Source: Candidatus Rariloculaceae bacterium (GTDB lineage: Bacteria > Pseudomonadota > Gammaproteobacteria > Steroidobacterales > Rariloculaceae). Taken from it: a stretch of 64,000 nucleotides of DNA. The DNA is taken from positions 776,939-840,938 of the forward strand of contig OZ245000.1 in assembly GCA_965223375.1 (NCBI GenBank), written 5' to 3'. The notes under the pieces are model-generated. The model did no database searches. It was not told the origin of the DNA and saw nothing but the letters and a program-made list of their open reading frames with translations. The translations under genes and the position numbers were made by a program. Below are positions 58,401 through 64,000 of this stretch, piece after piece; position 1 is the first letter of the stretch; each line of letters starts with the position of its first letter.

Positions 58401-59335
58401 ACGCGAACGCCGACACTCAGGGCGGTAATCCGACGGCGAGGTTGCTCACGCCGACCGGCGAGCCGCGTGGCTACATCGTCCCGCACGCGCTGGACGAGCT
58501 GTGGTTCCACACCGGCACAGCCTGCAACCTCGCCTGCCCGTTCTGCCTCGAAGGCTCGAAGCCCGGCGACGGACGGCTCGACCGCATCAAGCTCATCGAC
58601 GCGAAACCTTTCATCGATGAGGCGGTCGAGCTGGGCGTGCGCCAGTTTTCATTCACCGGCGGTGAGCCGTTCATCGTCAAGGATTTCGTCAATATCCTGC
58701 GCTACGCGTCGAGCTTCCGGCCCTGCCTGGTGCTCACGAATGGCACGGACCCGGTGATCAAGCGAATTCACCAGATCGAAACGCTGCGCGACCAGCCGAA
58801 TGCGATCTCGTTCCGGATCAGTATCGATTACCCGAATCGCGACCGGCACGACGCGGGGCGCGGCGCCGGCAGCTTCGATCTCGCATGGCAGGGGATGCAG
58901 CTGCTCCACGAGCTCGGGTTCCGCGTGTCGCTCGCCCGGCAGTCAGAACCCGAGGAGGACGCGGCGGCCGTCGAAGCGGAATACCGCACCGAACTGGCGC
59001 GCCGGGAGCTGCCGGCCGACACGACAATCGTCAGTTTCCCCGACTTCCTCCCGCCGGGCTCGGATCCGCGTGTTCCGTTCGTGACCGAGCACTGCATGAC
59101 GACCTATCAGACCGAGACGAGCCGTCGGGATTTCATGTGCGCGTTCTCGAAGATGGTCATCAGGATCGACGGGCGCATGCGGGTCTACGCGTGCACGCTG
59201 GTCGATGACGATCCGGGCTACGATCTCGGCGGCAGTCTGAAAGAGAGCATGACGCAGCGCATCATGCTCGACCATCACCGCTGCTACAGCTGCTTCGCCT
59301 ACGGCTCTTCGTGCAGCGAGATTCGGGGACAGTGA
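58397..59335 (+). CDS. radical SAM enzyme with Cys-rich C-terminal domain (ArsS / 'rSAM-selenodomain' relative)
   Basis: CNLACPFC (CxxxCxxC), FTGGEPF, and a C-terminal Cys cluster ...FMCAFSKMVIRIDGRMRVYACTL...HHRCYSCFAYGSSCSE that resembles the DUF3641-type tail of ArsS-like proteins. The last codons CGG GGA CAG TGA lie in the repeat element. Confidence 0.75.
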   Translation: MNANADTQGGNPTARLLTPTGEPRGYIVPHALDELWFHTGTACNLACPFCLEGSKPGDGRLDRIKLIDAKPFIDEAVELGVRQFSFTGGEPFIVKDFVNILRYASSFRPCLVLTNGTDPVIKRIHQIETLRDQPNAISFRISIDYPNRDRHDAGRGAGSFDLAWQGMQLLHELGFRVSLARQSEPEEDAAAVEAEYRTELARRELPADTTIVSFPDFLPPGSDPRVPFVTEHCMTTYQTETSRRDFMCAFSKMVIRIDGRMRVYACTLVDDDPGYDLGGSLKESMTQRIMLDHHRCYSCFAYGSSCSEIRGQ

Positions 59336-59527
59336 ATTTGGGGAGAGTTTGGGGACAGAGTTTGGGGACAGTGACCTTAATTCGGGGGAGTTTGGGGACA
59401 GTGACCCTAATTCACCGCCACCGGTAACCCAAAGCAGACGCGCGCGAATTAGGGTCACTGTCCCCAAACTCCCCCGAATTAAGGTCACTGTCCCCAAACT
59501 CTGTCCCCAAACTCTCCCCAAATTCAC
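59332..59527. repeat. palindromic extragenic repeat element, copy B (82-bp perfect arms)
   Basis: 59332-59413 is the exact reverse complement of 59446-59527 (checked base by base) around a 32-bp spacer. The arms are built from GGGGAGAGTTT / GGGGACAGAGTTT / GGGGACAGTGACCYTAATTC units. It fills the whole gap between the convergent rSAM and IMPase-family genes. Confidence 0.95.
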
Positions 59528-60316
59528 TCATAGCAGCGCCAGTGCCTGCTCGTGCAGCTCGCTGTTGGCTGCCGCGATCACGCTGCCGCCGGCCATCACG
59601 GAACCACCCTCCCAGCTCGTGACGATCCCGCCGGCGCTGCGAATGATCGGGACCAGCGGGACGATGTCGAACGAATTGAGCCCGTCCTCGACGACCAGAT
59701 CGACGAAGCCCGCGGCCAGCATCGCGTAGTTGTAACAGTCGCCGCCATAGCGGGTCAGCAGGCACGCGTCAGAGACGCGCCGGAAAGCCTCGAGACCCTC
59801 TGCGTCGAAAAACTCGGGACCGGTCGTCGTCAGAGTCGCCAGGTCGAGCTGGCGGCGGCCGCTCGATTGCAGCCGCCTGCGGCCGGACTCGTGAACCAGC
59901 CAGCTGCCGTTCGCTGAACCGATGAACACCTCACCAAGAATCGGCTGGATCAGTAACCCGATGATCGGCGTACCTGCCTCGCAAAGCCCGACCAGCGTCC
60001 CCCATAGCGGCGAACCGGACATGAAGGCGCGGGTGCCGTCAATCGGGTCTATATACCAGGTGAAGTCGCTGGCGCCCTGCTCCTCGCCGGACTCCTCAGC
60101 GACGATCCCGTGATCAGGCCAGGCCTCGCGGATCGATTCCCGCAACACATTCTCGATCGCATGATCCGCGCTGGTGACCGGGTCGAAACCCTGCGAGTCC
60201 TTGTTGTCGATCGAGAAGTTGCTCCGGAAGTAGGCTTTCGCGATGCCGCCGGCCGTGTGGGCGAGCTCGACGGCGAAGCCCTCGAGCTCGAGGTGGAGCT
60301 GGTCCCGTTCACTCAT
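59528..60316 (-). CDS. inositol monophosphatase-family phosphatase (possibly HisN-type histidinol-phosphatase)
   Basis: DPVTSADHAIE, WYIDPIDGTRAF and WGTLVGL motifs. Confidence 0.8.
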   Translation of the reverse strand: MSERDQLHLELEGFAVELAHTAGGIAKAYFRSNFSIDNKDSQGFDPVTSADHAIENVLRESIREAWPDHGIVAEESGEEQGASDFTWYIDPIDGTRAFMSGSPLWGTLVGLCEAGTPIIGLLIQPILGEVFIGSANGSWLVHESGRRRLQSSGRRQLDLATLTTTGPEFFDAEGLEAFRRVSDACLLTRYGGDCYNYAMLAAGFVDLVVEDGLNSFDIVPLVPIIRSAGGIVTSWEGGSVMAGGSVIAAANSELHEQALALL

Positions 60317-60397
60317 CGGGGAATTATGACGGACGTGCCTGCAGACGGCGACCGGCAGTACGGACCTGCCGAGTTCGGGCCACTATCGGCAAGCCGG

Positions 60398-61408
60398 TCA
60401 GGCCGGGAAGAAGTCTATCGGTTTCGTCGTCGTTATCGGCTCGACGTCTCTGGGTTCAAACTGAAACAGCATGACCCGCTGCACCAGCTTTTCCTCGAGA
60501 TCCGGATCGCCGAGCTCCGATGAGACGACCTCGCAGAACGTGACCTGCCCGGCCGGGCTGATCGTAAGTCGCAGAACGACTTTGCCCTGCAACGCCGGAT
60601 TTGCTCGCAGCGCCCGGTTGTAGAGCGCGTAGATCGCGCCCTTGTTGGCATCGAAGACGCGCTCGATTTCCTCGCGGCTGCGCGAGCCGAGATTGCTGGG
60701 CGCCGCGCGGGTCACCGCGCCGCCGGCCGGGCCGAAGCCCTCGACGGGACTGTCGACCTGGGTCGTTGAGCGCGCCGCGAGTCCGCTGCCGCCGGTATTG
60801 CGGCTCAGCGCCGCCGTGTTGATGCCACCGCTGCTGGTACCGACGCTCGACGTGATCAGCGAACGTTCGTTGACCGGCGCCTCCGCATCGACCGAGCCGC
60901 TGAGGCCGCTCGAATCGAGATTCTCGACCACGCTGCTTTCACGGAGCGAGGCAAGCTCCTGCGCCATCGGCAGCAGCCCCGCAACGCTCGCCCGCTCACG
61001 CGCCTGCTGGACGGTATCGACCGGCTCGGGCTCGGGAAGGGGTTCGGGAACGGGTTCCGGAATCGGCTCCGGCTCGACGACTTCCTGCACGACCGGCTCA
61101 GGCTCGACGATCTCCTGCTCGATCGGCTCGGGCTCAGGCTCCACCGGCAGCGGCTCCGGTTCCGGCAGCACGACAGGCGGCGGGGGCGGCGGCTCGTCGA
61201 TCAGCAGCCGTGCGAAACGCTGCGGAATTTCCTCGACCTCGGCGGGGTCCCGTTCGGGCAGCGGCACGAACGACAGCAACACGGCCAGAACGACGCCGCC
61301 GATCGTGAAGTTCCGCGCCATGCTGAGGCAGCGGCGATCCTGGTCCTCCGCGGTCGACCACGGCAGATCGTAGATCCGGTAGGAAAGCACCGCTTGTGAC
61401 ACCGTCAC
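60398..61408 (-). CDS. TonB-family energy transducer (long Pro/Glu-rich spacer)
   Basis: N-terminal TM anchor, (PEP/EPV)n-rich spacer, C-terminal TonB-like domain (...GKVVLRLTISPAGQVTFCEVVSS...). GTGA overlap with the exbD stop. Confidence 0.7.
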   Translation of the reverse strand: MTVSQAVLSYRIYDLPWSTAEDQDRRCLSMARNFTIGGVVLAVLLSFVPLPERDPAEVEEIPQRFARLLIDEPPPPPPVVLPEPEPLPVEPEPEPIEQEIVEPEPVVQEVVEPEPIPEPVPEPLPEPEPVDTVQQARERASVAGLLPMAQELASLRESSVVENLDSSGLSGSVDAEAPVNERSLITSSVGTSSGGINTAALSRNTGGSGLAARSTTQVDSPVEGFGPAGGAVTRAAPSNLGSRSREEIERVFDANKGAIYALYNRALRANPALQGKVVLRLTISPAGQVTFCEVVSSELGDPDLEEKLVQRVMLFQFEPRDVEPITTTKPIDFFPA

Positions 61409-61935
61409 GCGCCTCCGTCTGCACTGGCGAGCAGTTGCGCGTCGGGGGCCTTCTGCATCACGGCGAGCGACACGCGACCGTAGTCCGCGTCGGTACAGGT
61501 CGCCATGATTTTCTTCAGAATCCGGTAGGGGATTTCGCGATCGCCCATGATCGTGACTTCACGGTTCTCGATGTCGGCCATCTCGTCCTGACGGATCGCT
61601 CTTTCGGTTTGAGCCAACAGCGCGTCTCGCAGCGGCGCAACGACGAGGTCGCTGCCGATGACCTGATCGAGCGTGGCTGCGACGCGTCCCTGCACGAGCA
61701 CCTGTTCGTCGGTGATCAGAATCACTACGTTCTCGCGCGCCTTCGCTTCGGCGATCGATTCCGGTAACTGCACGTCCTTCGCGTTCGGCAGCGTTTCGAC
61801 ATCGGATGAGTTCACGAGCAGAAAGAACACGAGAATCGTGAAGATATCCATCAGTGAGATCAGGTTCAGTCCCCCGCCACGCTTGTGGCGGGCGTGGTGC
61901 CTGTTCATCCGCGCTGCGCGATCCATGAAGCTCAT
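61405..61935 (-). CDS. exbD: ExbD/TolR-family biopolymer transport protein
   Basis: LNLISLMDIFTILVFFLLV TM segment plus an ExbD periplasmic domain. Confidence 0.85.
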   Translation of the reverse strand: MSFMDRAARMNRHHARHKRGGGLNLISLMDIFTILVFFLLVNSSDVETLPNAKDVQLPESIAEAKARENVVILITDEQVLVQGRVAATLDQVIGSDLVVAPLRDALLAQTERAIRQDEMADIENREVTIMGDREIPYRILKKIMATCTDADYGRVSLAVMQKAPDAQLLASADGGA

Positions 61936-61972
61936 CGTTCGATCCCTGGCCTTAGGCCTTCCGCGCCCGGCG

Positions 61973-62476
61973 TCAGTTCAGCACCGGCGCGTCGCCGATC
62001 GATATTTCGGGGAACAGATCGCGCTGCACGACCTGGCGCTCGGCGTCGAGCACTTGCGCGACGCGCACGGCGTCCATGACCTCGACGACGACCTGATAGG
62101 GAATTTCCTGCTCGAGCAGCAGCGTTGCATCGGCCTTGTCGGGGAAACGCTGCTTGACCTGGCGCAGGTAGCCGTTGAGCTCGACCAGGTCATAGCCCTC
62201 TGCGGACTTCTCGATTCGATTCAGCAAACCGCCATTGCGGTCTCCCACCTCGATCGAGTCTTCCCGAACGGTGATTTCGAGCTGCAGCGTCGGCTCGTTC
62301 TGCTCAGCGGCCTGAGAATCGCTGCCCGGCAGATTCAGCTCGAGAATAGCCAGACGCGAAAACACCGCGGTAATGAGCAGGAACGGGACGAGAATGACCA
62401 TCAGGTTCATGAACGCCGTGATGTTCAGTTCGACCGCTTCCTTGTGGCGCTGTCGGCGGGCACGCAGCTGCTTCAT
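61973..62476 (-). CDS. exbD: ExbD/TolR-family biopolymer transport protein (second copy)
   Basis: ELNITAFMNLMVILVPFLLI TM segment plus an ExbD domain. Confidence 0.85.
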   Translation of the reverse strand: MKQLRARRQRHKEAVELNITAFMNLMVILVPFLLITAVFSRLAILELNLPGSDSQAAEQNEPTLQLEITVREDSIEVGDRNGGLLNRIEKSAEGYDLVELNGYLRQVKQRFPDKADATLLLEQEIPYQVVVEVMDAVRVAQVLDAERQVVQRDLFPEISIGDAPVLN

Positions 62477-62508
62477 TGATCAGATTCCGTCGGACTCCGG
62501 GCTACCGC

Positions 62509-63162
62509 TCAGCCGGCGGCCGGCGCTTTGCCCGCGTTCTCGGTAATCGTATTCAGGAATTTGACGGAGGCCATTTCCAGGCTGTCGATGATCTCGGTGG
62601 TCTTCGTCTGCAACAGCGTATGCACGAGCAGCAGCGGGATCGCGACGATCAGACCGAAAGCCGTCGTGTTCATCGCCACAGAGATACTGGCAGACAGCAG
62701 ATCCGCCTTCTCGGCGGGATTCGCGTTCGACACGGCCGTAAATGCGTTGATCAGGCCAATGATCGTACCGAGCAGCCCGAGCAGGGTCGCGATATTGGCG
62801 AAAGTCGCGAGATAGTGCGTGCGCTTTTCCAGTTTCGGCATCACTTCCATCAGGCTCTCTTCCATCGCCTGCTCTACGTCTTCACGCCGGCGCGCGGAGC
62901 GCACACGGTTGAGCCCGTACGTCATGATCTGTGCAATGGCTGCCTTGGACTGCCGCGTTACCTGCATCGCGCCGGACAGATTGCCGGCCTTCAGGTAAGG
63001 CGTCACCTTCTTCCAGAGCGACTTATTGCTCGCCGTCGCCATCGTCAGATAGAGCCAGCGTTCGATCGCGATCGCCATTCCTACTGCAAGCACGATGACG
63101 ATCGGATACATGAAAACGCCGCCTTCCTGAAAGAAGCGCACGATGACGGCAATTGCGTCCAT
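62509..63162 (-). CDS. exbB: MotA/TolQ/ExbB proton-channel protein
   Basis: Three TM segments and the conserved LGLLGTIIGLINAF and AMNTTAFGLIVAIP motifs. Confidence 0.9.
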   Translation of the reverse strand: MDAIAVIVRFFQEGGVFMYPIVIVLAVGMAIAIERWLYLTMATASNKSLWKKVTPYLKAGNLSGAMQVTRQSKAAIAQIMTYGLNRVRSARRREDVEQAMEESLMEVMPKLEKRTHYLATFANIATLLGLLGTIIGLINAFTAVSNANPAEKADLLSASISVAMNTTAFGLIVAIPLLLVHTLLQTKTTEIIDSLEMASVKFLNTITENAGKAPAAG

Positions 63163-63167
63163 GGGAT

Positions 63168-63746
63168 TTACTCCTCGGCAGTGGTCCCGTACAGGGACTC
63201 GAAATAATCCAGCTGCCTGCCGAACACTTCGTGATCGATAGGCGATAAAACCTCGTCCAGCAACGTGTTCACCGGCCGCCCGGCGACATCCCCGAGATCG
63301 GAACTCTTCCAGGGAACGATGTACAGAACCTTAGGCAATTCCTGGTTGCCGGTAATTGACGTGGTTCCCAGATCGAGTGTGTCTATCGTCGCGGTGCGCT
63401 GTCCGGCACTGACCCGGGCGGCGCCTGCGCCGGTCGCCGGGATTCCGGCCGCGGTCTCCGAAACCGCCGACGGCGACGTTTCCGACAGCGGAGGCGACAC
63501 TGCCGGGGGCGATGAAGCCGCCTGCGATGGCGAACCCACCTGCGGCGCTGAGTCTGCCGACGGCGCGACGCCGGCCGGTGGCGTCAGCTCGACGGCCGGC
63601 GCCAGATCGTCCGGAATCGCGAGCGGGGCTCGCCGCCCGGCCTCGCCGACCGCGTCGTCACTGCGGCCTTCTCCCCCACCCTGTTGCGCGACCAGTGGCG
63701 GTGTCGCGAGGAGCACTCCGAGAAGCAGCCATGCAGTCTGTCTCAT
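63168..63746 (-). CDS. secreted hypothetical protein of the TonB-system operon
   Basis: Signal peptide MRQTAWLLLGVLLATPPLVA, an Ala/Pro/Ser-rich middle, and a conserved-looking tail LPKVLYIVPWK. ATGA overlap with the upstream TPR gene. Confidence 0.5.
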   Translation of the reverse strand: MRQTAWLLLGVLLATPPLVAQQGGGEGRSDDAVGEAGRRAPLAIPDDLAPAVELTPPAGVAPSADSAPQVGSPSQAASSPPAVSPPLSETSPSAVSETAAGIPATGAGAARVSAGQRTATIDTLDLGTTSITGNQELPKVLYIVPWKSSDLGDVAGRPVNTLLDEVLSPIDHEVFGRQLDYFESLYGTTAEE

Positions 63747-64000
63747 CGTCCGCTCCCTCCGGTCGTTCGGGCGGCTGCCGCGCCGGCGCCAAGCCGCCGC
63801 TCGAGATCGATGATCCAGCGGGCGACTTCCGGGTCCGGCTCCGGCTGCAGCGCCTGAAAGGCTTCGTAGGCAGCCAGTGCGTCGGCGCTCCGGCGCAGAT
63901 AGAGATCGAGCAGTATTCCGAGGTTGTAGTGCGCAAGTGCGTAACCGGGGTCGGCCGCGATCGCGGTTCGATAGGCAACCTCGGCCGCGGCGAATTCACC
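63743..64000 (-). CDS. TPR-repeat protein, C-terminal 85 codons (gene runs off the window end)
   Basis: Not in the track. The reverse frame is open from 64000 to TGA at 63743-63745 and reads GEFAAAEVAYRTAIAADPGYALAHYNLGILLDLYLRRSADALAAYEAFQALQPEPD..., a canonical TPR pattern. Confidence 0.55.
   Translation of the reverse strand, partial: GEFAAAEVAYRTAIAADPGYALAHYNLGILLDLYLRRSADALAAYEAFQALQPEPDPEVARWIIDLERRLGAGAAAARTTGGSGR

Noticed and set aside
58397-59335. Possible selenocysteine (in-frame TGA recoding) in the rSAM Cys-rich tail.
   Set aside because: The ORF is continuous with Cys codons at the cluster positions. The only TGA is the terminal stop inside the repeat element, and I saw no SECIS-like hairpin other than the repeat palindrome itself.
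59332-59527. The repeated GGGGACAG-type units considered as a CRISPR array.
   Set aside because: The units are arranged as a perfect inverted repeat (a palindrome), not as direct repeats separated by unique spacers. The unit spacing is 10-20 bp, and there are no cas genes in the window.

Overview
This is a 64-kb, visibly GC-rich chromosomal segment (about two-thirds G+C by eye, not computed). It comes from a Gram-negative bacterium, most likely a proteobacterium, judging by the TonB/ExbBD, Amt/GlnK, TRAP and hopanoid genes. Coding density is very high: I support about 60 protein genes, many joined by ATGA, GTGA or TAATG start/stop overlaps. I could not recognise any rRNA, tRNA, CRISPR array, transposase, integrase or phage gene. 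The track contains many long antisense ORFs, which are the usual high-GC artefacts.

Highlights:
1. A roughly 13.3-kb, 11-gene minus-strand operon (40205 to 26894) has a mevalonate pathway inserted into a hopanoid side-chain and transport cluster. The mevalonate genes are diphosphomevalonate decarboxylase, phosphomevalonate kinase, a class II HMG-CoA reductase fused to mevalonate kinase, and type-1 IPP isomerase. The hopanoid genes are squalene synthase, HpnG, HpnN, HpnA, HpnH, a family-2 glycosyltransferase and HpnM. FPP synthase and HMG-CoA synthase flank the operon. No squalene-hopene cyclase or thiolase is present anywhere in the window.
2. A translationally coupled five-gene operon (54790-59335) encodes a DUF2064-type transferase, a TVP38/DedA-like membrane protein, an FAD disulfide oxidoreductase, a GT2 transferase and a radical SAM enzyme with a Cys-rich C-terminus. 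This matches the poorly understood 'rSAM/selenodomain' (ArsS-like) system. It sits divergently from a 2Fe-2S ferredoxin / extradiol dioxygenase pair.
3. A modular, perfectly palindromic extragenic repeat built from GGGGACAG-type units occurs twice (5209-5368 and 59332-59527). Each copy lies exactly between convergent genes, and the arms carry compensatory substitutions. A repeat unit also encodes the last codons and stop of two unrelated genes.
4. A second, smaller hairpin repeat family shares the 12-mer ATCTCACCGATT.

The rest is housekeeping or accessory metabolism: folate (a FolK-FolP fusion and PabB), glnK-amtB with a sigma-54 promoter, a TonB-ExbB-ExbD-ExbD system, an octaheme cytochrome-TPR lipoprotein, a fused indolepyruvate:ferredoxin oxidoreductase-family enzyme, and others. 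All functional calls rest on motifs I recognise in the translated ORFs. No database search was run.
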